The notes: a model not told the origin generated them from the sequence alone. 36,866 nt of DNA from Bacteroidales bacterium (GCA_028282585.1 JANQHR010000139.1:1-36866), one strand, 5' to 3'; counted from the first letter of the stretch, positions 1 through 10,637 are shown. Numbers and translations: made by a program.

Positions 1-77
1 CCTCATTATTCATGTTTAATGAGAACCCCTAATTATATGCATCAACAAAGAAAAATTGAAATTAAAAATTATAAAAC

Positions 78-112
78 AAAAAATAACAGCAAGTTTAAAT
101 TTGCTGTTATTT
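78..112 (-). terminator. Probable intrinsic terminator downstream of the response regulator
   Basis: Inverted repeat AAATAACAGCAA-gtttaaat-TTGCTGTTATTT with an A-run on its left (U-tract on the minus strand), about 60 nt past the stop of 172..567. Confidence 0.6.
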
Positions 113-171
113 AAATATTTTTTATCCTTGTAAAAACTGTATCGTTTTTTTAGGACTAGTCATCTATCAGC

Positions 172-567
172 TTATTCCAATTCCAGTAACCTATCTCTAA
201 GTCGAAACATTAACTGAACTTTAGTTCTAACGTCAATTGGGTTAAATGGCTTTGCTATTATGTCATCTGCTCCCATCTTAAGAGCATTCATTTTAGAATC
301 ACGATCGCTTAATCCTGTAACCATGATTATTATACTTTTATCAAACTTTTTTTCATTTCTTAGTAGTGTGCAAACTTCAAATCCATCTTTTTGAGGCATC
401 ATAATATCCAAAAGTATCATATCAGGTATTATTTCACTAGCTATTTTTAAACCATCATTCCCATTATTAGCAACATGAACTTCATATTTATATTCCAGGA
501 TTTCGACAAAGAATTTCTGTATTAATTCATCATCTTCAACAATGAGTACTTTCTTTTTTTCTATCAT
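172..567 (-). CDS. Single-domain response regulator (receiver)
   Basis: LIVEDD acidic pocket, PDMILLDIMMP phospho-Asp, conserved T and KPF; no output domain. Confidence 0.9.
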   Translation of the reverse strand: MIEKKKVLIVEDDELIQKFFVEILEYKYEVHVANNGNDGLKIASEIIPDMILLDIMMPQKDGFEVCTLLRNEKKFDKSIIIMVTGLSDRDSKMNALKMGADDIIAKPFNPIDVRTKVQLMFRLRDRLLELE

Positions 568-690
568 ATCAGGTATTTATACGTATATGTTTTATACAAT
601 TCTAGCTTATCTTGCGTATTATTAAATTTTAAATACGGATTTAATTTATTAAATTTAAGAATACTAAAAAAGTAATTTCAAGATTATTTT

Positions 691-3600
691 ATGTCTGATC
701 CGGTTTTAAAAATTATTATTCGACTTTGTTCTCTTTTTTCTAATATTGATGAAAAAACTGATCAGAAAAGGACTCGTGAACTTATAAAATCCTATCTACA
801 ATACTATACTAAAGATCAATTTATTGATCAATTTTTATATGTTTATGACTTTTATTTAAATCAGCAGAAGGCAAAAAAAACCGAGAATTTTCTTAAAAAA
901 GCGTCATTAAGAGCTGTAAAAGCAATCCGTTTAATAAATTCAATCAATAAAGAACTGTTACTAAGGGAAAAGTTTCTACTGGTAATTCTACTTCTGGAAA
1001 TTATTCGTTTTAAGGAAAAAATATTACCTGAAGAGTATGACTTTATTGAAACACTGGCAATATCTTTTAATCTGGATGACAAGGAATATTACAACCTAAA
1101 AAATTTCATTTTAAAAAATTGGGAAGATATACCCTGGAAGAAAAACTGCATACTGATCAATAATAGTAAACAAATTCCAAACTCCGATTTTAAACATATT
1201 TATCGAAAAGAATTAGAAGGCAACATATGCTTATTACAGATACGTTCCATCAATTCCATATGGTTTTATTATGACGGAAATCAGCAATTATTTCTAAATA
1301 ATAAAGAAATATCACCAAACAAGATCTACGGTTTTACAAAAGGAAACTCAATTTCAAGATATAAGGTTGGATTGCAAAACATCAAACTTAGGCCAATTTA
1401 CTACAGCGAAATAGGAATTAAACTAACGGATAATCCAAACTTTAAAAATGTTACGCTCGAAGTTTCTAATGTTGAATTTAGTTATCGAAATTCAACTAAC
1501 GGAATTAAAAAGTTTTCATTCAAGTCTGAGTCTAACTTATTAGTTGGAACTATTGGCCCTAGTGGATCGGGAAAGTCAACATTACTTAACTTATTAAATG
1601 GTACTCTTAAGCCTAATAGCGGTAAAGTATTAATTAATGGAATCGATCTGCATGCAGAAAATAAAAAATTAAAGGGACTAATTGGCCATGTTCCTCAGGA
1701 CGATCTTCTTTTTGAGGAGCTAACAGTATATGAAAATCTGTATTTTAACGCAAAGCTTTGTTTTAGCGATTATAGTGAAGAAAAAATTAATAACACAGTT
1801 GAAAAAGTATTAATAGAACTTGATTTGTTGGATATTAAGCATTTAAAAGTTGGAAATGCTATAAATAAAGTTATTAGCGGCGGACAAAGAAAAAGGCTCA
1901 ATATTGGCATGGAACTTATGCGCGAACCATCCATACTATTTGTCGATGAGCCTACATCCGGATTATCATCTAACGACTCAATTAATCTTGTAAATACCCT
2001 TAGAGAACAAACTTTAAGAGGTAAGCTTGTTATAATGAATATTCATCAACCTTCATCAGAAATCTTCAAATTAATCGATCAATTAATCGTATTAGATGAT
2101 GGTGGCCATGTTGTATATACAGGTGATCCTTTAGATGCTTTGGTTTACTTTAAAACATTAAGCAATCAGATAAATCCATCTGAAAAAGAATGTATGAGTT
2201 GCGGAAATGTGAATCCGGAAAGCATTCTTGAAATAATGGAAGAAAAAACAATTAATGAAGAAGGTAAAAATACTCAAGAACGAAAAGTTAAACCGGAAAA
2301 ATGGTATCAGACATATAACGAATATAGAAAGGAAGAAAAAAAGGAATTTAAAACCTCAAAAGAAATTCCACAGGTCCACTTTAAAATTCCAAATAAATTA
2401 AACCAATTTTTAATCTTTAGTAGAAGAAACTTACTTTCAAAACTCGCAAATACTCAATATCTTTTAATTGGATTAATTGAAGCACCTCTTTTAGCTGCAA
2501 TCCTTGGGATATTTACTAAATACAATATAGGCACGAACGAAAACCCAAAAGCATATATTTTTAGTGAAAATCTTAATATACCAGCTTTTATTTTAATGAG
2601 TATTATTGTTTCTCTTTTTATTGGATTGCTTATTAGCGCTGAAGAAATAATCAAGGATAAAGAAATTCTTATTCGAGAAAAATTTTTAAATCTAAGTCGA
2701 TTTAGTTACATAAATTCTAAAGTGTTTTTTCTATTTATTCTGACCGCTATTCAAACCGTTAGTTATGTGTTGGTTGGAAACTATATTCTTGAAATAAAAG
2801 GGTTAACTTTTCAATATTGGTTAATACTCTTTTCCACAGGATGTTTTGCCAATATGCTGGGGTTGCTTATATCTGCAAACTTAAAATCTGTTATTGCTAT
2901 TTACATATTAATTCCATTTCTGATAATTCCTCAAATTTTATTAAGTGGAACTATCGTTAAATTCGACAAATTACATAGTTCCCTTACGCGGAAAGAATAC
3001 CCACCTGTAGTTGCTGATTTAATGCCATCGCGTTGGGCTTTTGAAGCATTGGCTGTTAGTCATTTTGTTGATAATAAATACGAGGAAAATTACTTTAATA
3101 TAAATAAAATAGATAGTGATATTTCATATAAATTAAACTTCTTGATTCCGAAAATATCATCTTTGTTAGACGAATGGAGAACCATATTACTTACCAAAGA
3201 AGATTCCAAGCGAATTGATGATATTTCTTTAACCGTTAGTAATTCTATTCGAAGTACTTTAAATGATATTCCAAATACAGAGTCAAAAATAGTTGGGATT
3301 GCTAACCTACCCGTTGATCAAAGAGAAATAAAATATCAAAACTTTCTGGATTTTGCCAGAATATTTTACTCCGAGTATCTGGATCAGGTTTTATATAAAA
3401 GAGATTTAATTACGGAAAGGTTAGTAAGTGAAAAAGATGGTGCCGCAAATTATATTTCCTATAAAAATCAGCATTTCAATGAATCAATTGCAAATATGGT
3501 TCTAAAAGATGATGATTCAGAGAAATTATTCATTAAAAATAATTCTATTGTCAGGAAATATGAACCTGTATTTATGACACCAAAAAACCGATTGGGACGG

Positions 3601-3807
3601 GCACAGTTTTATGCACCATTCAAAAGAATTGGAAATGCTTATTATAAAACTACTTATTTTAATACAATTGTAATTTGGATAATCGCTCTGCTTTTATATA
3701 TAATTCTTGTATTTGATCTTTTAAAACATTTTAATATCAATAACTTAACCTTCTTTTTTAGGCGCTTTAAAATTAGAATATTTTACAAACATCAAAAAAA
3801 ATCATAA
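691..3807 (+). CDS. ABCG-like ABC transporter (N-terminal extension, NBD and fused ABC-2-type membrane domain)
   Basis: Walker A GPSGSGKST, signature ISGGQRKR, Walker B LFVDEPTSGL, IHQPS switch, several C-terminal TM helices; N-terminal ~130 aa look TerB-like (inferred). Confidence 0.85.
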   Translation: MSDPVLKIIIRLCSLFSNIDEKTDQKRTRELIKSYLQYYTKDQFIDQFLYVYDFYLNQQKAKKTENFLKKASLRAVKAIRLINSINKELLLREKFLLVILLLEIIRFKEKILPEEYDFIETLAISFNLDDKEYYNLKNFILKNWEDIPWKKNCILINNSKQIPNSDFKHIYRKELEGNICLLQIRSINSIWFYYDGNQQLFLNNKEISPNKIYGFTKGNSISRYKVGLQNIKLRPIYYSEIGIKLTDNPNFKNVTLEVSNVEFSYRNSTNGIKKFSFKSESNLLVGTIGPSGSGKSTLLNLLNGTLKPNSGKVLINGIDLHAENKKLKGLIGHVPQDDLLFEELTVYENLYFNAKLCFSDYSEEKINNTVEKVLIELDLLDIKHLKVGNAINKVISGGQRKRLNIGMELMREPSILFVDEPTSGLSSNDSINLVNTLREQTLRGKLVIMNIHQPSSEIFKLIDQLIVLDDGGHVVYTGDPLDALVYFKTLSNQINPSEKECMSCGNVNPESILEIMEEKTINEEGKNTQERKVKPEKWYQTYNEYRKEEKKEFKTSKEIPQVHFKIPNKLNQFLIFSRRNLLSKLANTQYLLIGLIEAPLLAAILGIFTKYNIGTNENPKAYIFSENLNIPAFILMSIIVSLFIGLLISAEEIIKDKEILIREKFLNLSRFSYINSKVFFLFILTAIQTVSYVLVGNYILEIKGLTFQYWLILFSTGCFANMLGLLISANLKSVIAIYILIPFLIIPQILLSGTIVKFDKLHSSLTRKEYPPVVADLMPSRWAFEALAVSHFVDNKYEENYFNINKIDSDISYKLNFLIPKISSLLDEWRTILLTKEDSKRIDDISLTVSNSIRSTLNDIPNTESKIVGIANLPVDQREIKYQNFLDFARIFYSEYLDQVLYKRDLITERLVSEKDGAANYISYKNQHFNESIANMVLKDDDSEKLFIKNNSIVRKYEPVFMTPKNRLGRAQFYAPFKRIGNAYYKTTYFNTIVIWIIALLLYIILVFDLLKHFNINNLTFFFRRFKIRIFYKHQKKS

Positions 3808-3845
3808 ATTAGATAAGCTAAAAAGAAAACTCAAAAATTACACAT

Positions 3846-4754
3846 ATGAAAAAAAATTCATTATTATTATTAGCTCTTGTATCTCTGGTAATTAACCTTG
3901 CAAACTTATCCTGTAAGACTGATGTAAAAAAAGATACAAATGAAATTGATTCTCAAGCCATTTCGGATTCTTTACTGGCAAGCGATGAGGATTTAGTTTT
4001 CTATAGTTTTCCCTCTTCACAAGAAATGTTTTCGTTTATTAAAAAAGATGCAGAACTTGTTTATAGAACCGATCTAGTTAATCCAACTGAAAACTTATCG
4101 AAATACATCGACACTAAATCAAAAACACTTGCATTAGGCGTATATCTTGCAGATTTATCATATATGACATTGTTCAATAAAACAAGCTCTGCATACGAGT
4201 ATATAGATGTGATAACTAATTTAAGTAACGAACTAAGAATTAATTTACCATTCCAGGAGGGTTTTCTTAAAAGAATTAAAAACAATTTAAATAATGAAGA
4301 TTCGATCATCTATATATCGGATGAGTATTCTTCAAAGATTGTTGATTATTTACTTCAGAACAATAAAGACAAAATATTAGCAAATATAACTTCTGCAAGT
4401 TATATTGAAGGATTGTATATCGCTTTACATTTAGTGGAAAATTATTCTGAAGAAAATCCTGTAATCAAAAGAATTGTAGAACAAAAACACTCTTTTACCA
4501 ATTTAATAAAGTATGCAAAAAAATATCATAACGATACAAATACAAAAGTTGCAATCGATTTATTAGGTTCAATTTATGAAGTTTTCGAGAAATTTTCTGA
4601 AGTTGAAGAAACAGAAACTACCTTCGAACGAGGAGAAGATAATAAGATGATATTAAAAGGTGGTAAAAAGATCGTTGTTTCCGAACAGGAATATAATGAG
4701 TTAAAAGAAATTGTAACTGAAGTGAGAAATAAAATTATTGATTATAATTTATAA
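3846..4754 (+). CDS. Hypothetical lipoprotein
   Basis: 302-aa ORF; MKK, hydrophobic stretch and LSC lipobox-like Cys; helical-looking body. Confidence 0.7.
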   Translation: MKKNSLLLLALVSLVINLANLSCKTDVKKDTNEIDSQAISDSLLASDEDLVFYSFPSSQEMFSFIKKDAELVYRTDLVNPTENLSKYIDTKSKTLALGVYLADLSYMTLFNKTSSAYEYIDVITNLSNELRINLPFQEGFLKRIKNNLNNEDSIIYISDEYSSKIVDYLLQNNKDKILANITSASYIEGLYIALHLVENYSEENPVIKRIVEQKHSFTNLIKYAKKYHNDTNTKVAIDLLGSIYEVFEKFSEVEETETTFERGEDNKMILKGGKKIVVSEQEYNELKEIVTEVRNKIIDYNL

Positions 4755-4766
4755 TTTGATGTTATT

Positions 4767-5237
4767 ATGAAAAGTATAAAGCTATTAGCTGCAATTATAT
4801 TTTCTATAAGCACATTCATTACTTATGGACAAAATTGCTCCGATTATCATGTTGATAACTGCAGGTGGGCAGATGAATCATTTTTATATTGTCGACAATC
4901 CAAAAGCGCATTGTTTAAAACAGGAATGAGATCGGAATTCTCAATAACTGTATATGGTGGTGAAGAGTATTACGTTTCGGTAAAAGGTGATCGTAACCTT
5001 GGAAAAATAAGAATTAGGGTTAAAGAAGATGATGCTGAAAAAAAAGTCTTGTATAATAATGCACATTACGATTATGAAGATTATTTCTATTTTAAAAACG
5101 AAAATACTCGTAATTTAATAATAGAAGTCACTTCCGAAGCAATAAACAAGTTTAATAAATCAACCGAAAGATATTGTGTAGGAGTTCTTATTCAGTTTAG
5201 AAACTATAAAGACGATCCGACAAATACCGGATTTTAA
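4767..5237 (+). CDS. Hypothetical exported protein
   Basis: 156-aa ORF with signal peptide (…TYG/QNC), 12 nt after the previous gene. Confidence 0.7.
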   Translation: MKSIKLLAAIIFSISTFITYGQNCSDYHVDNCRWADESFLYCRQSKSALFKTGMRSEFSITVYGGEEYYVSVKGDRNLGKIRIRVKEDDAEKKVLYNNAHYDYEDYFYFKNENTRNLIIEVTSEAINKFNKSTERYCVGVLIQFRNYKDDPTNTGF

Positions 5238-5318
5238 ATCCTAATATTAAGGTTTACTATATTTTTTGTGATTCATTTATTTTGACGTATTTTTGATTTT
5301 CTTAAAATTAAAAATGCA

Positions 5319-6191
5319 ATGAGTGTCTTAGTAAATAAAAATTCGAGAGTCTTGGTCCAAGGATTTACCGGAAGTGAAGGAACTTTCCACGCACAACAAA
5401 TGATGGAATATGGAACAAATGTAGTTGGTGGAGTTACCCCGGGAAAAGGAGGACAAAAACATTTGGACAAACCCGTTTTTAATACGGTATCTGATGCCGT
5501 TAAAGAAACGAATGCAGATGTTTCTGTAATTTTTGTTCCACCAGCTTTTTCAGCCGATGCAATTATGGAAGCCGCCGATGCAGGAATAAAAGTAATAGTT
5601 ACAATTACTGAAGGAATTCCAACTTCTGACATGGTTAAAGTCAAGGAATTTTTAAAAGATAAAGATTGCAGAATGATCGGGCCAAATTGTCCTGGAATTA
5701 TTACACCGGAAGAAGCAAAGGTTGGAATTATGCCAGGTTTTATTCACAAAAAAGGCACAATAGGAATAGTATCTCGTTCGGGTACTTTAACTTATGAAGC
5801 TGTTGATCAGATTACCAAAATGGGATTGGGCCAGTCAACATGTATCGGAATTGGTGGAGATCCGATAATAGGAACTACAACACTTGATGCGGTTAAATTG
5901 TTAATGGAAGATTCTGATACTGAAGGGATCATTTTAATTGGTGAGATCGGAGGAAGTATGGAAGCTGACGCTGCTAAATGGATAAAAGAAAATGGGACAA
6001 AACCAGTTGTAGGTTTTATTGCAGGTAAAACTGCCCCTAAAGGCAGAAGGATGGGACATGCCGGAGCCATTATCGGAGGTAAAGATGACACAGCAGCAGC
6101 TAAAATGAAAATTATGACCGATTGTGGAATACATGTAGTTGAATCACCGGCTGAAATCGGTAAAAAAATGTTTGAAGTTTTAAATCAATAA
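5319..6191 (+). CDS. sucD: Succinate-CoA ligase subunit alpha
   Basis: VQGFTG…[28 protein letters not shown] and phospho-His motif RMGHAGA. Confidence 0.97.
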   Translation: MSVLVNKNSRVLVQGFTGSEGTFHAQQMMEYGTNVVGGVTPGKGGQKHLDKPVFNTVSDAVKETNADVSVIFVPPAFSADAIMEAADAGIKVIVTITEGIPTSDMVKVKEFLKDKDCRMIGPNCPGIITPEEAKVGIMPGFIHKKGTIGIVSRSGTLTYEAVDQITKMGLGQSTCIGIGGDPIIGTTTLDAVKLLMEDSDTEGIILIGEIGGSMEADAAKWIKENGTKPVVGFIAGKTAPKGRRMGHAGAIIGGKDDTAAAKMKIMTDCGIHVVESPAEIGKKMFEVLNQ

Positions 6192-6306
6192 TTTGTATTA
6201 TTAATACTTTTAAAGCGGATATATTTATCCGTTATTTATAAATAATTCTTAACATTTGTTAATCAAATTATTTTGTAATATTTAGGAAAGGGAACTACAT
6301 TTGAAT

Positions 6307-6684
6307 ATGTTTAAAAATTGGGAAGACAAGGTTGTTGTTATTGCTGAAGATGAGCAGATTAACTACCTATTTTTAAAGGCAGTTCTAAAACCAACTAAAG
6401 CAAAAGTTATTTGGACCAAAACAGGAAGAGAAACCATTGATATCTGTAATTCAGAAAAGGTTGATATAGTTTTAATGGATATTAAAATGCCAGATTTAAA
6501 CGGATTGGAAGCTACAATTGAAATAAAAAAAAACCTACCAAACTTACCGATAATCGCTCAAACCGCATATGCTATGGAAGAAGATGAGCAAGCAAGTATG
6601 GAATCTGGTTGCGACGATTATATTTCAAAACCTATACGACCTGAAAATCTTCTGGCAATAATGAATAAATTTATAAATAGTTAA
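6307..6684 (+). CDS. Single-domain response regulator (receiver)
   Basis: IAEDE, VLMDIKMPDLNG, IIAQTA and ISKP motifs; ATG at 6307 preferred over TTG at 6301. Confidence 0.88.
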   Translation: MFKNWEDKVVVIAEDEQINYLFLKAVLKPTKAKVIWTKTGRETIDICNSEKVDIVLMDIKMPDLNGLEATIEIKKNLPNLPIIAQTAYAMEEDEQASMESGCDDYISKPIRPENLLAIMNKFINS

Positions 6685-7307
6685 ATTGCTATAGAAAAAC
6701 CTATCCTTAACTGGGGATATTCATAAGGATTATCATCAGCTTGAGTAACATTCCACAATAAAACTATATATGTTTTTGCTCGCTTACCCATTTGCTGAAA
6801 ATATCCTCCTCCTACCAAAACGTTATGCAACCAATATCTATCTCTAGTAGAATTAGGGTCATCAAAGTAGATATAGTTATATTCGGTATTTAAAAACTCA
6901 TATTCCATGTGAGCAATTATGCCACTATGAGCTTTAACTTTTACAAGATTTCTAAAATCTTTAATTACTGCAAACTGGGAAAAAACACTTCCTCCATAAA
7001 CGCTGGTCTCAAATGTTTGAAAGTTACCGATAATATCTCCCTTATCTTTGTAATACTGGTATTTGCCACTTACTCCCAGGCTTAATCTTTCAGTTAATTG
7101 AGAACCAAAAACTGCATTTACATCTACATAAGTATATGACCCAAATCCAAGCCAAAGCGATCCTCCCCAAAACAGGTAAGGTTCCTTAATTTCTTTTTTT
7201 TCTTTTTTACCTTTTCGGTTTGATTCTTTTCTTTCTTGCGAAAAAACCCAATTATTTAAATTAAATAAGAAAAAAACTGATAATAATATGATTTTAGTTA
7301 TTCTCAT
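6681..7307 (-). CDS. Hypothetical exported protein, probable outer-membrane beta-barrel
   Basis: Signal peptide, alternating aromatic/Gly strands, C-terminal LRIGFSIAI. Confidence 0.6.
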   Translation of the reverse strand: MRITKIILLSVFFLFNLNNWVFSQERKESNRKGKKEKKEIKEPYLFWGGSLWLGFGSYTYVDVNAVFGSQLTERLSLGVSGKYQYYKDKGDIIGNFQTFETSVYGGSVFSQFAVIKDFRNLVKVKAHSGIIAHMEYEFLNTEYNYIYFDDPNSTRDRYWLHNVLVGGGYFQQMGKRAKTYIVLLWNVTQADDNPYEYPQLRIGFSIAI

Positions 7308-7386
7308 AATAGTTTATATTTATAAACAAAATTAATGATTCAAATATTATACCTTTTGAAATAATATTTAAAGATATAACAAAATT

Positions 7387-8100
7387 ATGAACGTAATAAT
7401 AACCGGAGCAAGCAAAGGAATAGGATATCAGTTAGCTAAATTATTTGCAAAAAACGAAATTAATACCGTATTGGCAATTGCAAGAAGTGAGAATTTACTT
7501 AATGAACTAAAAAATGACTGTATTAGACAAGATCTAAGAAATAAATTAAAGACTATAGCTTTCGATATTGAAGAGCCAAATAATGTTAAAAAAAACTTAA
7601 AAACAGAGGTTTTAAAGTATGTTAATTCTATAGATATTATAATAAATAACGCCGGAATATTGATAAATAAAAGTTTTGAAGCATTCAGCATCGAAGATGT
7701 CCAAAAAATATTCAACACTAATATTATAAGCCAGGCTGTTTTGATACAGGAAATGATCCCTTTGCTTAGAAAAAGTACGTTAGGTCATGTAGTTAACATA
7801 TCTAGCATGGGCGGATTTCAAGGTAGTTCGAAATTTCCCGGGCTTTCAATTTATAGCTCTAGCAAAGCTGCTTTGGCAAGTTTAACAGAATGCCTGGCTG
7901 AAGAATATAAAAACGAGAATATTAGATTTAATTCATTAGCGTTAGGTGCTGTAAACACGGAGATGTTAAATGAAGCTTTTCCTGCATTTAATGCTCCTTT
8001 AAATGCAGATGAAATGGCCAGGTATATTTATGATTTTGCAATAAATGGATGTAAGTATTTTAATGGCAAAATAATACCTGTAAGCTTGTCCACTCCTTAA
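7387..8100 (+). CDS. SDR family NAD(P)-dependent oxidoreductase
   Basis: TGASKGIG, NNAG and catalytic YSSSK. Confidence 0.93.
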   Translation: MNVIITGASKGIGYQLAKLFAKNEINTVLAIARSENLLNELKNDCIRQDLRNKLKTIAFDIEEPNNVKKNLKTEVLKYVNSIDIIINNAGILINKSFEAFSIEDVQKIFNTNIISQAVLIQEMIPLLRKSTLGHVVNISSMGGFQGSSKFPGLSIYSSSKAALASLTECLAEEYKNENIRFNSLALGAVNTEMLNEAFPAFNAPLNADEMARYIYDFAINGCKYFNGKIIPVSLSTP

Positions 8101-8113
8101 TATTTGGTTTTAA

Positions 8114-9295
8114 TCATAGTTTATAATATTTAAACCTATAGGTCTGTGTTTTGCCAAATGTAAATTCCCAATGAATTTTTATAAGGTTCTTATAGGAGTC
8201 ATTCTCGAAAATTATTTTTGCATCAAAACCATTTTCACCCTTAAAAAAACCTGATTCTAATAAATTATTTTCATCATAATCAAAAGTAATCGTTCCGGTT
8301 AGCCATGTATCAAATCTGGCCCATTCCGCTTCAATCAATTTACCATTTTCATCGTATCGATAAGTTTCACCTCCAAAAAAACCATTTTCAGCATGAAATA
8401 GTCTTCTAACTAATTGTCTATTTTCATTAAATTGATACGAAAATTCTGCTTTCCTCCCATCATTGTATACTCTGAACGATTTCATTAATAAACCTTGATC
8501 ATTGTATTCATAAGTTGTTATGGTTTTTAAACTATCATAATCATATACTTTTCTTACCAACTTATTTCCCTCGTATTCATATTTCGATGGTCCTCCCTCT
8601 TCATTATTCCAATCATAATTTTCCTTTTTAACAATAGATTCTTTCGTTTCCTTCAAAAATGAACTAGAGTATGTAAAACTCTTCGGTATTTCTTTTTCAG
8701 GCCTAAAATACTCATAAGTAAAAGTTTGATTCCATTTGCTACCTAAATCCCAGTATTCTTTAATTAAGTTACCCTGTTCATTGTAAGTGAATTCTATAAA
8801 ACCTATTTCTCTTCCTTCTTTGTAAATAATTCCTTTGATCAGTTTTTCGTCTTTATAGTGATATTTAATATTTCCAAAAAACCATCCGTTTAATCCTCTA
8901 CAATTAGCCTCTATTTTTCTGTTATCTTTATAGCTATACCATACTATTCCTTTTACTCCATCACTGCGTTCAAAGTAATCTTCAATAACGTTTCCCTGTT
9001 TGTTATATTTATAGAAATTATTAGAAGTAATACTATCGGAAAATTCTCTATATTTTCGAGTTATGTTCCCATTTTCATTTAAAAAATGGTAATTAATCGA
9101 ATATCTGCTCCCGTCTTTTAATTCCCATTTTGCCTTATAATTCTTATGGTTTTCACTATAAAATAGTGTTGTTTTACCTTTTTCGCCCGAAGAATTTTCA
9201 TAATAAAGGCATTTTAACAATAAAGTGTCTTTATTAGCGTGTGCGTTTAAGTAAGTTATAAATAACAAACTTATTATTGATATTTTTTCTTTCAT
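8114..9295 (-). CDS. Exported hypothetical protein with YD/RHS-like beta-hairpin repeats and an internal duplication
   Basis: Signal peptide; recurring Y-x-Y-[ND]-x-x-G-x-L units (YKYNKQGNV, FTYNEQGNL, YEYNDQGLL, YRYDENGKL). Confidence 0.65.
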   Translation of the reverse strand: MKEKISIISLLFITYLNAHANKDTLLLKCLYYENSSGEKGKTTLFYSENHKNYKAKWELKDGSRYSINYHFLNENGNITRKYREFSDSITSNNFYKYNKQGNVIEDYFERSDGVKGIVWYSYKDNRKIEANCRGLNGWFFGNIKYHYKDEKLIKGIIYKEGREIGFIEFTYNEQGNLIKEYWDLGSKWNQTFTYEYFRPEKEIPKSFTYSSSFLKETKESIVKKENYDWNNEEGGPSKYEYEGNKLVRKVYDYDSLKTITTYEYNDQGLLMKSFRVYNDGRKAEFSYQFNENRQLVRRLFHAENGFFGGETYRYDENGKLIEAEWARFDTWLTGTITFDYDENNLLESGFFKGENGFDAKIIFENDSYKNLIKIHWEFTFGKTQTYRFKYYKL

Positions 9296-9588
9296 ATCTA
9301 GATTTTTCCCGCAATTTATTCATTTAAGTATTATCTATTAAATTGATTATACAAGCTATATGAAAATTTCTACGAAAGTAAATAACCGTAGTCAAAGCAG
9401 GTTTTCGAAAGCAGCTAATACTAAAAGTTTTTATAATATCACACCCAAGTTCTAATTAGTTTTAAACCATTATGAAAATTGATTATCGCTTTTGCAGCAA
9501 TGAAAGAACGATTACACCAACCCCAAACCATCTTGCACCCCAGAAAGCGGGTTACCATATCTAAGGCTTTGATTTTCTATGCTTAAAT

Positions 9589-9612
9589 AAAAAAACCTGC
9601 GTAAAACACAGG
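9589..9612 (-). terminator. Probable intrinsic terminator of the SnoaL-like gene
   Basis: Minus strand CCTGTG-tttta-CGCAGG followed by T7. Confidence 0.55.
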
Positions 9613-9633
9613 CTAAATTAATATAGATTACTA

Positions 9634-9990
9634 CTATCTTTTAGAGTAAAAATTTTCTCTTATTACAAGATCATCTTCCCATTGTTGTATTGCTACTTCT
9701 TCAATTTTTCTTTTATTTCCATTTTTAAATTTTAATTCAATCCAAAATTCAACCATAGTAATTCTCCTCTCCTCATTTGAAGCAATTGTTCTAACTCCTC
9801 CTCCTATTACTTCCTCAATTTCTCTTAAAAGTTTTTCATCATATTCTTTTGCTTGATGTTTACCATTTCGTTCTGTACCGTCATCAGCAATAATAATTAC
9901 ATCTTCATGGTAATACTTTTCTAAGGCCTCTAATAACTTACCTTCTTCAATCATCTTAAATAACTCTTTTGCTCTTTGATAATAAGTCAT
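9634..9990 (-). CDS. SnoaL/NTF2-like domain protein
   Basis: EALEKYYHEDV…, EEVAIQQWEDDLVIRENFY pattern; start moved to ATG 9990 because the longer ORF-track start lies inside a terminator hairpin. Confidence 0.75.
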   Translation of the reverse strand: MTYYQRAKELFKMIEEGKLLEALEKYYHEDVIIIADDGTERNGKHQAKEYDEKLLREIEEVIGGGVRTIASNEERRITMVEFWIELKFKNGNKRKIEEVAIQQWEDDLVIRENFYSKR

Positions 9991-10023
9991 ATTATTTTTA
10001 TTTAGGTTGGAATTTAAATATAC

Positions 10024-10049
10024 AAAAAAAACCGCCAATTTGGCGGTTT
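10024..10049 (-). terminator. Intrinsic terminator downstream of the HD-like gene
   Basis: Minus strand AAACCGCCA-aat-TGGCGG followed by T8. Confidence 0.8.
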
Positions 10050-10067
10050 CTAAAACTGAATTTTATG

Positions 10068-10610
10068 TTATACCTGCAATCTGTTTTTAAAAGGTAAGAA
10101 TGTCATAAAGTCCGCATGGTGTACCAAATAAGCTTCTGTTGTTCGTTTAACCATATCACCTTCACCTGCATGTGTAGCTATAATATGACAAACTTCCGCT
10201 GGCACTCCGCATTCCTCAGCTATAGAAACTCCAGAAAACGGATGGCGTAAATATTTACCATAAGTTCCCTGAACTGATTTTCCATCAACCATCTCATACT
10301 CTAATAATTTACCTACATCAGCAAGAATTGCTCCTGCGATTAAAACATCCATATTTACAGGTAAATCATCTTTGAAGAATTCGTTACATTTAATTCCTGC
10401 ATCTCTTGCAATATGAACAACTGCACGTTTATGAGCCATGAAAGATACCTTTGTCGGAACTAATAATGTAAAAGGAATAGTTTGCAAGTCTTCAGCTGTT
10501 AAAACACTTCTTTCTAACGCAAGTTCCCATGTTTTAGCAGTTTGTTCTCTTAAAGTTTCGTCCTGAATCCATTCTAACTCAGGCCATAATTCTAATACCT
10601 TTGTATTCAT
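10068..10610 (-). CDS. HD-superfamily (HDIG-like) metal-dependent phosphohydrolase-like protein
   Basis: H…ILADVGK…RHPFSG…HIIATH…HHAD spacing typical of the HD fold; the HD dyad reads AD. Confidence 0.75.
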   Translation of the reverse strand: MNTKVLELWPELEWIQDETLREQTAKTWELALERSVLTAEDLQTIPFTLLVPTKVSFMAHKRAVVHIARDAGIKCNEFFKDDLPVNMDVLIAGAILADVGKLLEYEMVDGKSVQGTYGKYLRHPFSGVSIAEECGVPAEVCHIIATHAGEGDMVKRTTEAYLVHHADFMTFLPFKNRLQV

Positions 10611-10637
10611 ATCGTAGTTCTTTTAATTTTAGGGTAT

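Noticed and set aside
1-13. Possible start of a minus-strand gene (MNNE…) at the window edge
   Set aside because: Only four codons are visible, which cannot support a call.
5319-6191. sucD without an adjacent sucC
   Set aside because: Split sucC and sucD loci are common in Bacteroidota; not unusual.
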